DNA of 64,000 nt, taken from positions 624,867 through 688,866 of the forward strand of contig CAWAWO010000002.1 of NCBI GenBank assembly GCA_963785835.1, written 5' to 3'. Below are positions 52,349-61,692 of the stretch, piece after piece. Every line of letters begins with the position of its first letter. The first letter of the stretch is position 1. Position numbers and translations under genes: made by a program. Below the pieces are notes generated by a model. That model ran no database searches, was not told where the DNA came from, and saw only the letters and a program-made list of their open reading frames with translations. Source of the DNA: an uncultured Actinomycetes bacterium. GTDB lineage: Bacteria > Actinomycetota > UBA4738 > HRBIN12.

Positions 52349-52549
52349 GTGGGTGGGTCCGAACGGCGCCAAGGCTGGGTGAGCCTCTACGCGGGGGCAT
52401 TCGTCGTCATGCTCGGCGCGGGCGCCGCGCTCGCGGCCTCATCGCTCGGTTCCCTGCGGTCGATAGGTCTGCTGTGGGTCTCCGTCGTGCTCTCGAGCCT
52501 CGCCGTCGTCCTGGCCGTCCTCAGCCTGTTCCTGCCGAGGCGACCGTGA
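52349..52549 (+). CDS. small two-TM membrane protein (66 aa)
   Basis: GTG 52349 lies 3 nt after the glyQS stop. Two hydrophobic helices. The stop overlaps the start of the next gene (GTGA). No family recognised. Confidence 0.45.
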   Translation: MGGSERRQGWVSLYAGAFVVMLGAGAALAASSLGSLRSIGLLWVSVVLSSLAVVLAVLSLFLPRRP

Positions 52550-53887
52550 AGCGCCGGCTCGCGGCGGCGCTGATCGTGTTCGGCACGGCGATGGCCGCGT
52601 GCACCGCGGATCCGGGGGTCCCGCCGCCGGTCGACGACCCCTCCGAGTCGGTCGCGCCGGTTCCCCCTTCGCCCGAGAGCGAGTCGCCCGCCCCCGAGGG
52701 ACCCGGATCCGCCGCCGCGACCGCGACGACGGCTGTGCGAGGTGCCGGAACCGGACCTCGAGGGCGGCGGCGAGGTTCCGGCCGAGGGGCCGACGCCGCC
52801 AGTGATCGAGGCCGTGATGGGCGAGGTGGAGCAACTCCGCGGCTTCGACTACGCGCGGCCGGTCGTCGCCCAGCCCGTCAGCCAGCAGGAGATCGCTCAG
52901 GACATCGTCGAGTACGCGGACATCGCCTACCCGGAAGATCAGTTCTCGCGCCGGAGCCTTGCCTGGGACGCGATCGGCGTGATCCCCGACGGCACGAGCC
53001 TTCGCGAGGCGTACGAGAACTACGGCTCGACCCAGGTGATCGGGTACTACGACACGCTCACTGGCGAGCTGAAGTTCATCGGGAGCCAGGCACCCTCACC
53101 GTTGGAGCGGATCACGCTCGCTCACGAACTCACGCACGCGATCGACGATCAGCGCTTCGGCCTGGAGCACCTCGACCTCCTCAGCGCCGAGTGCCGGGAC
53201 GAGGAGACCGCTGCCGCGATCGCGCTCGTCGAGGGCAACGCGACGTTCTTCATGCTCCGGTGGGCGGAAACGTTCCTCACGCCCGAGGAACAGGTGCAGG
53301 TGGGGCTCGAGGCCGCGCAGCAGGACACCTCCACCGAGGGCATCCCGCCGTTCGTCGTCCGGCTGCAGGCCTGGTCGTACGAACAGGGATTGCGATTCAT
53401 CGGCGCCCTCGATTCGCGGGGTGGCCTCGACGCCGTGGACGGAGCGTTCGAGGATCTGCCGGTCTCGACCGAGCAGATCATCCATCCCGAGCGGTACCCG
53501 AACGACGTCCCCACGCAGATCGACATCCCCGACCTCTCGGACGAGCTCGGCGACCGCTGGAGGGACCTCGACGTGATGACGATCGGGGAGGCGTGGCTCT
53601 CGCTCGCGCTGGGGCTGCGACTGGAGCCCTCCGAGGCGCAGGACGCGACGGCCGGCTGGGACGGCGGGATCTACCGGGCGTGGTCGGCCGACGACGCCGC
53701 CGACGTGGTGCTCGCCACCGAGTGGGACAGCGAGGCGGATGCCCAGGAGTTCGCCTCCGCGATGCGGGACTGGATCGACGCCGGCGACGACCCCGGCCGG
53801 GTCCTCGAACCCGAGGGCACCCGGGTCACGGTCGTGTTCGCGCCCGACGCCGACGCGCTCGACCTTCTCGCATCCGCGGCGGCCTGA
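52546..53887 (+). pseudogene. lipoprotein with an HExxH...E zinc-metallopeptidase-like motif, +1 frameshift near 52738
   Basis: The signal and lipobox are [19 protein letters not shown], followed by a Pro/Ser/Glu-rich linker. The next frame continues [11 protein letters not shown]...[14 protein letters not shown]...[10 protein letters not shown]. The span is 1342 nt = 3n+1. Confidence 0.65.
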
Positions 53888-54488
53888 GGTCCGTCGACGC
53901 GTGCGGGTCCGAACGACCTAGGCCTTCTGCCCGAAGTTCCCATCGCCCGGCCGATGGTGTCGCGTCGGCCCGGGGGACAGACTCTGCGCGAGTGGACGGC
54001 ATCTTGGTCCAGACGACCCGCAGCATCCGCGAGCTGATCGGTCTCGCGACCGAGGGCGCACCCGCCGAGCAGATCGAGGTGGCGTTCGCGGCGCTGCGGG
54101 ACCAGTGGACCACCGCCGAGCGCGAGGCGGTCCGAACCCCGCGCTGGGTTCGGTCGAACGGTTCGACGCTCGTGCCGCCGCCGTCCTGGGTGCCGCGTAC
54201 CGTCCCGTCCTTTCCGCCCTCAGCACCGGCCAGCTCCTGGTCTCGAGCGACGTCGACCTCGCGCACCGAAGCGCGGGATGGCTCAACCTCGCCTACGAGG
54301 CGCTGCTCGCGGGCGACCACGACAACGTGGAGCGCTGCCTCGGCATCGCCTCGACCTTCGTCGGGATCCAGTCGCGGCCCGAGTCCCGACTCCTCCGCCG
54401 TAGCGATCTCCTCCCCGCTCGCCGGTCCGTGGGAAGGCGGCCTCGGGCCTTCCGTAGACTGATGCGGATCGCGACCGGAGGCCGAACG

Positions 54489-57212
54489 ATGACCAAGTAC
54501 GTCTACGACTTCTCCGAAGGCAACAGGGACATGAAGGACCTGCTCGGCGGTAAGGGCGCCAACCTCGCCGAGATGACGAACATGGGCCTGCCGGTCCCGC
54601 CCGGCTTCACCATCACGACCGAGGCGTGTCTGACGTTCCTCCGCGAAGGGGGCGCGCCCCCAGAGATGCTGGAGGAGGTGGGCGAGCACCTGCGACGGCT
54701 CGAGGAGGCGATGGGCAAGACCCTCGGCGACCCGAACGACCCGCTGCTCGTCTCGGTCCGTTCGGGAGCGAAGTTCTCGATGCCGGGGATGATGGACACG
54801 GTCCTGAACCTCGGGCTGGGCGACGAGTCGGTGAAGGGTCTGGCCGAGCAGACCGGTGGGGACGTCCGGTTCGCGCTCGACGCCTACCGGCGGTTCATCC
54901 AGATGTTCGGCAAGATCGTGATGGACGTTCCAGCCGAGGCGTTCGAGCACGCGCTCGACGAGGCCAAGCGTGCGAAGTTCGAGGGCGCTCAGGACACGGA
55001 TCTCGACGCGGACGACCTGAGCGGCGTTGATCGAGCGCTTCCGCTCGATCTACCGGGACCACACCGGCGGGGACTTCCCGCAGGACCCGAAGGAGCAGCT
55101 CCGCCTCGCGATCGCGGCCGTCTTCGAGTCCTGGAACGGCAAGCGCGCGCGCGACTATCGCCGGCAGAACAAGATCAGCGACGACCTCGGTACGGCGGTG
55201 AACGTGGTCGCGATGGTGTTCGGCAATCGCGGCGACGACTCGGGGACCGGTGTGGCGTTCACGCGTGACCCGAGCACCGGGGAGAAGGTGCCCTACGGCG
55301 ACTACCTGCCGAACGCCCAGGGCGAGGACGTCGTCGCCGGGATCCGCAACACCCTGCCGCTCGCCAAGCTCGAGGAGCTGGATCCCACGTCCTACCGCGA
55401 GCTCCGTCAGGTCATGGACACGCTCGAACGCCACTACCGCGACATGTGCGACATCGAGTTCACGATCGAGAAGGACAAGCTCTGGATCCTGCAGACGCGG
55501 GTCGGCAAGCGGACGGCGTTCGGCGAGTGGGTGATGGCGAACGACATGCTCGACGAAGGACTGATCGACGAGGACACCGCGCTCCTGCGCGTCGACGCCA
55601 ACCGGCTCGAGGAGCTCTTCAAGCGGCGCGTCGCGACCGAGGGGAACGAGCCCGATCGCGAAGGGACTGAACGCGTCCCCCGGCGCCGCGGTCGGTAAGG
55701 TCGTCTTCACCGCCGACGACGCCGAAGCGCGAGCTCGGGCGGGCGAGAAGGTGGTCCTCGTTCGCCGGGAGACGACCCCCGACGACTACCACGGGATGAT
55801 CGCCGCGCAGGGGATCCTCACCTCCGCCGGCGGGACCAACTCGCACGCGGCGGTCGTGGCCCGGGGCGAGGGCATCCCCGCGGTGTGCGGCGCCGACGCG
55901 ATCAAGATCGACGCCCCCTCCCGCGCGTTCAACGCGAACGGCACGACGGTCAACGAGGGCGACGTCATCACGATCGACGGATTCACCGGCAACGTCTTCG
56001 TCGGCGAGCTCCCGCTCGAGGAGTCGGTGCTGGAGAAGGCGAGGACGGGCGACGCGGCGGCACGCGAGGAACGGATCTGGGTGGCGTTCGAGGCGCTGAT
56101 GCGGATCGCCGACGAGCGACGGCGCCTGCGCGTCCGGGCGAACGCGGACACGCCCGACCAGGCCTCGAACGCGCGCTCACGGGGCGCCGAGGGCATCGGG
56201 CTCTGCCGCACCGAGCACATGTTCCTCGGCGAGGAGCGGGTCGGCGCCGTGCGCCAGATGATCTTCGCGGACGCTCCGGAGGACGAGCAGACCGCGTACG
56301 ACGCGCTCCTGCCGCTCCAGCGTGAGGATTTCGTCGGGATCTTCCGCGCGATGGACGGCCTCCCGGTCACGGTTCGATTGCTCGACCCGCCGCTGCACGA
56401 GTTCCTGCCGAACCACGTCGAGCTCGCCGTCGGCGTCGCTCGCGCGCAGGACGCCGGCGAGACGGAAGTTCGGCTCCGGGACGAGCGTATCCCGCTCGAC
56501 GAGGCCAAGAAGGTGCTCGGCAAGGTCGAGCAGCTCCACGAGGCCAACCCGATGCTGGGGCTGCGTGGCGTCCGGCTCGGCATCGTCAAGCCCGGCCTGT
56601 ACGCGATGCAGGTCCGGGCGATCTGCGAGGCCGCCGCGAGCGTCCGCAAGGAGGGCGGCGACCCGCAGGTGGAGATCATGATCCCCCTCGTGGCCACCAA
56701 GCCCGAGCTCGAGCAGATGCGGGCCGAGCTCGAACCCGTCGCGGCGGACGTGCTCGAACGCGAGAGCGTCGAGCTCGAGCACCTCGAATGGGGGACGATG
56801 ATCGAGCTTCCGCGCGCGACCGTCACCGCGGGCGAGATCGCCGAGTCCGCGGACTTCTTCTCGTTCGGCACGAACGATCTCACCCAGACCGCGTTCGGGT
56901 TCTCCCGCGACGACATCGGGAAGTTCGTCGCGATGTACGAGGAGCGCAAGCTCGTGCCGGCGAACCCGTTCGTGACCATCGACCGGCCCGGGCGTCGGAC
57001 GGCTGATGAAGATCGCGGTCGAGGAGGGGCGGTCGGCGAACCGAGAACTGCACGTCGGTATCTGCGGCGAGCACGGCGGTGACCCCGCGTCGGTCGCGTT
57101 CTGTCACGAGCTCGGGCTGGACTACGTGAGCTGTTCGCCGTTCCGGGTCGAGACCGCGCGGCTCGCGGCCGGCCAGGCAGCCGTCGGCTCGGCCGAGTCC
57201 ACCTCGAAGTAG
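54489..57212 (+). pseudogene. ppdK: pyruvate, phosphate dikinase, three +1 frameshifts (about 55023, 55652 and 56991)
   Basis: Frame 1 reads MTKYVYDFSEGNRDMKDLLGGKGANLAEM...DADDLS. Frame 2 reads ALIERFRSIYRDHTG...WILQTRVGKRT...ATEGNEP. Frame 3 reads IAKGLNASPGAAVG...TSAGGTNSHAAVVARG (phospho-His)...GLCRTEHMF...FFSFGTNDLTQ...IDRPG. Frame 4 reads [12 protein letters not shown]...[10 protein letters not shown]. The span is 2724 nt = 3n+3. Confidence 0.9.
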
Positions 57213-57225
57213 CCCCCAGAATCGC

Positions 57226-57260
57226 CCGCCGGTGTCGGCGGAATCCCCCGGCCTGGGGAT
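57226..57260 (+). terminator. two tandem short hairpins after ppdK
   Basis: CCGCCG-GTGT-CGGCGG (57226-57241) and ATCCCC-CGGCCT-GGGGAT (57243-57260). There is no U-tract. Confidence 0.3.
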
Positions 57261-57267
57261 GGGTTTC

Positions 57268-57281
57268 CGAACACGTGTTCG
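57268..57281. promoter_or_regulatory. 14-bp perfect palindrome CGAACACGTGTTCG, candidate operator upstream of the M15 peptidase gene
   Basis: The palindrome is exact and lies about 60 nt upstream of the RBS-supported GTG 57340. No binding protein is known to me. Confidence 0.3.
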
Positions 57282-57339
57282 CTATCCTTCCCAGCCATTC
57301 CTCCCCGAGGAGCCCTCCCCCGATCCGAGGAGGTGGCAC

Positions 57340-57948
57340 GTGGAGAAGGGACCGCTCAGCGGGGGACGCACCACGGATCCGATCCTTGGGCTGTTGGTCG
57401 GGATCGCGATCGCCGTTCCCCTGGTGGTGGCGTTCCACTGGGGACAGCAGGGATGGCGAGACCGCCACGAGAACTACCCGTCCAGGCCCAACGGCTACAC
57501 GCAGATCGTCAACCGGTTCGGACAGGCGTGTAGCGGCGACGCGAGGGCGATCTCGATGTCGTGGCGGGCGGCCGACACCGGCACCACCTACCGCTTCCCG
57601 TTCCACCGCAAGCTCGGCGGCCGGCCGACGCAGATGGTCTCGCGACAAGGGCGGGCAGGTCGACGAACCTGGACAACGACGTCTACGGGCACATCCAGCA
57701 ACAGCACCTGCAGCAGCTACGTCGAGCACGGGATCTACGGGTACGCGTGCCGAGCGAAGCGCGGTGGGAGCGAGTGGAGCACGCACGCGTTCGGGATCGC
57801 GATCGACGTGTCCTCCGCCGAGGACTACATGGGCAAGTGCTCGTCGACCGTGAACAGGCACCACGCCCCGATCTGGCAGAGCCATGGCTGGTACTGGGGA
57901 CTCGCGTTCTGCGATCCGATGCACTTCCAGTTCGCGACCGGGTACTGA
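57340..57948 (+). CDS. membrane-anchored M15-family (VanY / D-Ala-D-Ala carboxypeptidase-like) peptidoglycan peptidase; the ORF is intact but probably carries three compensating +1 insertions
   Basis: GTG 57340 follows GAGGAGG. TM helix ILGLLVGIAIAVPLVVAF. Metal-site motifs SEWSTHAFGIAIDV (SxHxxGxAxD) and DPMHFQF. See the finding covering 57637-57720. The track start at 57232 would place the hairpins and palindrome inside the CDS. Confidence 0.7.
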   Translation: MEKGPLSGGRTTDPILGLLVGIAIAVPLVVAFHWGQQGWRDRHENYPSRPNGYTQIVNRFGQACSGDARAISMSWRAADTGTTYRFPFHRKLGGRPTQMVSRQGRAGRRTWTTTSTGTSSNSTCSSYVEHGIYGYACRAKRGGSEWSTHAFGIAIDVSSAEDYMGKCSSTVNRHHAPIWQSHGWYWGLAFCDPMHFQFATGY

Positions 57949-57981
57949 CGACCATCCGAAGCCATCCGAAGGAGGAAGCTC

Positions 57982-58485
57982 ATGAAGCGCACCTACGCGA
58001 TCGTGGCCGGGCTCGCCGCGGGAGTGCTGGCGTCGCTCGGGATCATGGCCGTCGCCGCCCGGACGGCTCCCGAGCCGATGCCGTTCGGCCCGCCCATCGG
58101 TCCGGCGATCCGGTCGGACACGGGAGCAGGGGAGCTGCTGCTCGTCGTGCTCGGTGGCGTCTATCCGTCGCGAGCGGAGGCTGAGACCGCGAACAGCCAG
58201 ATGCCGTTCGGCGACCTCCAGGGGTACTACGTCGTTCCGGTCGGGCAGTTCCAGGGGTTCCGCCAGCAGGCCGGGGAGCCCGGCGACTTCGCGCTCGTCA
58301 GCGTGTTCAGGACGGACGAGGGCGCACAGGAGTTCGTGGCTCTTGCCGGATCGTTCGGCCACCCGGCCGCGATCCTGCCCGAGCGGGTCAGGAGCCTCGG
58401 CGGCATCTACGCCGGCCTGGGCCAGGAGTCGAACCCGGCAGGCTCGGGGCCACTGCTGCGGCCGGTTGCGGAATCGCTTCCGTGA
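57982..58485 (+). CDS. membrane-anchored hypothetical protein, possibly a SPOR-like fold
   Basis: RBS GAAGGAGGAAG. N-terminal TM helix. LLLVVLGGVYPSRAEAETA...GYYVVPV...FALVSVFRTDEGAQEFVALAG resembles the beta-alpha-beta-beta repeats of SPOR domains. This is a weak, by-eye call. Confidence 0.5.
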   Translation: MKRTYAIVAGLAAGVLASLGIMAVAARTAPEPMPFGPPIGPAIRSDTGAGELLLVVLGGVYPSRAEAETANSQMPFGDLQGYYVVPVGQFQGFRQQAGEPGDFALVSVFRTDEGAQEFVALAGSFGHPAAILPERVRSLGGIYAGLGQESNPAGSGPLLRPVAESLP

Positions 58486-58929
58486 CGCGCGGTGCTGCGA
58501 TGTTCGTCGCGGGGATCCTCGGCCTGGTCGCATGCGGCCGCGGCGGTCCCGATGGATCGTCACCAACGCCATCGACCATCACGTGCCGGCCGGCCTTCGA
58601 GCAACCCAGCCACTTCGAGCCGCTCGAGACCTTCGAGGAGGCGTATCCCGATCATGTCGGGGTTCGGCTCGGGTTCCGGGACGGGCGTGGGCGCGAATTG
58701 CATGCGTTCGCCGGGCATCCCGGGGGAGTTCGGCGAGGGTTTGCCCGATGCCGGCGTCGTCCCACTCACTCATGAGCGAACCGGCCACCTGTTCGGCCGG
58801 GGGACGGTCTGGGTCCTGGTCTGGGACGAGGGTGGGTCGTGCGACCCGCGAGCCGTGCTCGGCAACGGCCTCGAGAAGCGCGCGTTCCTCCTGACGCTCG
58901 AGAGGACGGGGATCGTCACCCCCAGGTGA
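58482..58929 (+). pseudogene. hypothetical lipoprotein, +1 frameshift in a G-run at 58722-58726
   Basis: GTG 58482 overlaps the upstream stop (GTGA). The lipobox is FVAGILGLVAC. Frame 1 runs to ...ELHAFAGHPG and the next frame reads EFGEGLPDAGVVPLTHERTGHLF...LERTGIVTPR. The span is 448 nt = 3n+1. Confidence 0.5.
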
Positions 58930-58991
58930 GGTCGCTCCCGGACGGGAGCCCGATGCGCGTCGTGCCTCCCCAGGCGCCGGAAGGAGGAGGC

Positions 58992-59399
58992 ATGAAGCGT
59001 TCGCTGTCGGCAACGCTCCTGGTGGCGGTGCTGGTCGGCATCTTGGGGACCGCTCCGGCGGGGGCGAAGCTCGTCGAGCTGACCGCGTCGCCCAACCCCG
59101 CGAAGCTCGGAGGCAACGTCCGGCACTCGGTGGCACTCGGAACGATCGGCCGGCTCGAGGCGTGGGTGAGCGCGACCGGTTTCGAGCGCCCGGGCCCCGG
59201 CACGTTGCCACCCGGTTCGTGGGTCTTCGAGTGCTGCCCCTCGAGAACGGCCGGCACGCCCGCGTGGCACTACCGCTCTTTCGGGAGCGCGCCACCAGGT
59301 TCGTATCGGTTCGGAGCAACGGCCAGGATGCGCGGCACGTTCCTGTCATCCGTCGCGGTCGGCTTCACGTCGGACAGCGTCTGGATCCGCGTCACCTGA
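58992..59399 (+). CDS. secreted hypothetical protein (135 aa)
   Basis: ATG 58992 follows GGAAGGAGGAGG. Signal peptide MKRSLSATLLVAVLVGILGTAPAGA. The composition is beta-rich. No family recognised. Confidence 0.5.
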   Translation: MKRSLSATLLVAVLVGILGTAPAGAKLVELTASPNPAKLGGNVRHSVALGTIGRLEAWVSATGFERPGPGTLPPGSWVFECCPSRTAGTPAWHYRSFGSAPPGSYRFGATARMRGTFLSSVAVGFTSDSVWIRVT

Positions 59400-59449
59400 C
59401 CGCGTTACGAGCTTCCGATGTTCCGAAGGTCGATTGCTAGCATCGGGTC

Positions 59450-60058
59450 GTGGACGTGGTTCGTCGCCACCCCCTCCTCGTCGCGGTCACCGCCGTGTTC
59501 GTGGTGGTCATACTCGGCGTCGCCCTCACCGGGATCGCCGTGTGGCGTGCAGCCCATACGGACGACGCGAGCCGGATCGAGCACGCCGACGTGATCCTGG
59601 TGCTCGGAGCGGCGCAGTACGACGGCCGGCCTTCGCCCGTGTTCGAGGGCCGGCTCCGGCATGCGTCGTTGCTCTACGAGGATGGGAGGGCCGGCACGAT
59701 CGTGGTGCTCGGCGGGTCGGCTCCCGGTGACCGGTCGTCCGAGGCCGAGGCGGGCCGCACCTGGTTGCTCTCCGAGGGTGTCCCGTCCGAAGCCGTTTTC
59801 GCCTCGCCGGTGGGTGACACCACGTTCGAGTCGCTGGAGGCGGCCGCAGGCTGGATGCGCGACCAGGGGCTGACCACGGCGTTCCTCGTCTCGGATCCGT
59901 GGCACAACCTGCGGGTCAAGCGGATGGCCTCGGACCTCGGGATCGAGGGCTATGCCTCGGCCACCTGGCAGTCGGCCGCACGGACGGAGGGAACGCGCCT
60001 GGGCGGGTACATGCGCGAGACCCTCGCGTACCTGTACTACCGCGTGTTCGGCGGCTGA
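59450..60058 (+). CDS. YdcF/ElyC-family (DUF218) envelope protein
   Basis: 202 aa with an N-terminal TM helix and the DUF218 core ADVILVLGAAQYDGRPSPVFEGRLRHA...IVVLGG...FLVSDPWHNLR. Confidence 0.78.
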   Translation: MDVVRRHPLLVAVTAVFVVVILGVALTGIAVWRAAHTDDASRIEHADVILVLGAAQYDGRPSPVFEGRLRHASLLYEDGRAGTIVVLGGSAPGDRSSEAEAGRTWLLSEGVPSEAVFASPVGDTTFESLEAAAGWMRDQGLTTAFLVSDPWHNLRVKRMASDLGIEGYASATWQSAARTEGTRLGGYMRETLAYLYYRVFGG

Positions 60059-60068
60059 GCCGGCCGGC

Positions 60069-60557
60069 TCAGGTGACGGTGAGCCTTGCCTCCATGTCGA
60101 ACGCCGTGTGGAGGCGACAGATCACCGTGTAGGAGCCCGGGTCCAGGTCGATGACCGCCGAATCGGACGTGAGCGGCTCGAGCGAGACGTCGATGTCCGT
60201 CCCCCTGACGGTGAACGTGTGCGGCGTGTTCGCGTTGGCGTTCTGGACGTCGATCGTGGCTCCGCTCTCGACTTCGATCCGAGCGGGATCGAACAGGTAG
60301 TTGTTGAGCGCGACGGCGAGCGACGCTCCGCCGGCACCCGCGTCACCGGTCTCCCCGGTCTCGTTGCCGCGGTCTCCGTAGTAGCCGCCGCCCGTTCCGG
60401 TCTCACCCGTCGCGCCGGCCGCGCCCGTCGCTCCGGACTCGAACGCGACCCCGCCGTCGTCGACGCCGCCCTCCTCGCCGTTCGCCCCACCGCACGCTGC
60501 GGCGAGCAGCAACGTCGCTCCGACCGCGATCAGCCGTCGGGTCGTGGTGCTCCTCAT
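60069..60557 (-). CDS. cupredoxin (plastocyanin/amicyanin-like) lipoprotein, paralogue of 43456-43910
   Basis: Lipobox LLLAAAC and a Gly/Thr/Glu-rich linker (ATGETGTGGG...ETGETGDAGAGG). The domain reads NNYLFDPARIEVESGATIDVQN...PHTFTVRG...GSYTVICRLHTAFDMEARLTV, giving ligands H, C-x2-H-x4-M. Confidence 0.75.
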   Translation of the reverse strand: MRSTTTRRLIAVGATLLLAAACGGANGEEGGVDDGGVAFESGATGAAGATGETGTGGGYYGDRGNETGETGDAGAGGASLAVALNNYLFDPARIEVESGATIDVQNANANTPHTFTVRGTDIDVSLEPLTSDSAVIDLDPGSYTVICRLHTAFDMEARLTVT

Positions 60558-60664
60558 CCGAGCCTCCCATCCAACGTCGTCATCAGGCGATACGGCACCG
60601 GCGCGGGATCGGTTCGACCCGGCAGGCGGCCGGAGCCGTCGGACCCGCCCGCTAGTATCGCCTC

Positions 60665-61667
60665 GTGTCCGGCCCCCGCGAGCGAACCGAGCAGATCGAG
60701 CGCCAGATCCTGTCGCCGCACGCCACCCTCGCGGTGGCGAGCAAGGGGCGCGAGCGGCCCGAGGAGCAGGACCCGCTCCGAACGTGTTTCCAGCGTGACC
60801 GGGACCGGATCGTCCACTCGAAGGCGTTCCGTCGGCTGAAGCACAAGACGCAGGTCTTCCTGGCCCCCGAGGGTGACCACTACCGGGTCCGCCTCACCCA
60901 CACGCTCGAGGTGAGCCAGATCGCTCGAACGGCCGCCCGAGCGCTTCGCCTGAACGAGGATCTCACCGAGGCGATCGCGCTCGGTCACGACCTCGGCCAC
61001 ACGCCGTTCGGGCACCTCGGCGAGCAGGCGCTCACACCGTTCCTGGAGCGGCCGTTCCGTCACAACGAGCAGTCGCTCCGCATCGTCGACCATCTGGAGA
61101 ACGACGGGAGGGGACTGAACCTCAGTTGGGAGGTTCGCGACGGCATCGTCAACCACACGTGGTCGATGCCGCAGCCGTCCACACCCGAGGCCCAGCTCGT
61201 CCGCTACGCCGACCGGATCGCGTACATCAACCACGACGTGGACGACGCGGTCAGGGCCGGGGTGCTGGCTGTCGTCGGACCTTCCCGGCGAGGCGATCGG
61301 GGTCCTGGGCGACTCGCATTCGGCGCGGATCGACACGCTCGTCACGGACCTCGTGGAACGGAGCGCCGAAGGTCCCGAGGTGGGACTGTCCGACGAGGTG
61401 CACCGCGCGCTCGACGGGCTCCGGGAGTTCCTGTTCGACCGGGTGTACCTGCGCGACGAGGCGCGCTCCGAGCAGGCCAAAGCCATCGCGATGGTCCGGA
61501 ACCTGTTCACGCACTACCTGGAGCACCCGGACGAGGTCCCCGAGGAGTACCATCGGGCACCGGGCGACCTGCCGACCCGCGTGGCCGACTACATCGCGGG
61601 CATGACGGATCGGTTCGCCCTTCGGACCTACGAACGGCTCTTCCTTCCCCGAGGTTGGTTGGACTAG
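60665..61667 (+). pseudogene. dgt: dGTP triphosphohydrolase-like HD-domain protein, +1 frameshift near 61276
   Basis: [26 protein letters not shown] motif RLTHTLEV...[12 protein letters not shown], and [21 protein letters not shown]. The next frame reads [26 protein letters not shown]...[14 protein letters not shown] then TAG 61665-61667. The span is 1003 nt = 3n+1. Confidence 0.88.
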
Positions 61668-61692
61668 TCCGGGCGAAGGAGGGACAGTCGGA

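Noticed and set aside
54105-54488. A 128-codon N-terminal extension of ppdK in the track ORF 54105-55268.
   Set aside because: PPDK proteins begin at the conserved MTKYVYDF...GGKGANLAEM block, which starts at ATG 54489. The upstream in-frame sequence is better explained as a separate frameshifted small gene.
55015-55030. Programmed ribosomal frameshifting, or transcriptional slippage, as an explanation for the many frame changes.
   Set aside because: The junctions share no slippery heptamer or stimulatory structure. Up to three occur in a single housekeeping gene, and they hit unrelated essential genes. No known system recodes glyQS, era, dnaG, recO and ppdK this way.
55786-58572. A 928-aa minus-strand ORF. 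Similar long antisense ORFs occur at 10337-12751, 31233-33092, 42115-43398, 45221-46555 and 9100-10326.
   Set aside because: The reasoning is the same. Each lies opposite a gene with diagnostic motifs (ppdK, rne, lepA, era, ALDH, rodA) and translates to low-complexity Arg/Pro/Gly sequence.
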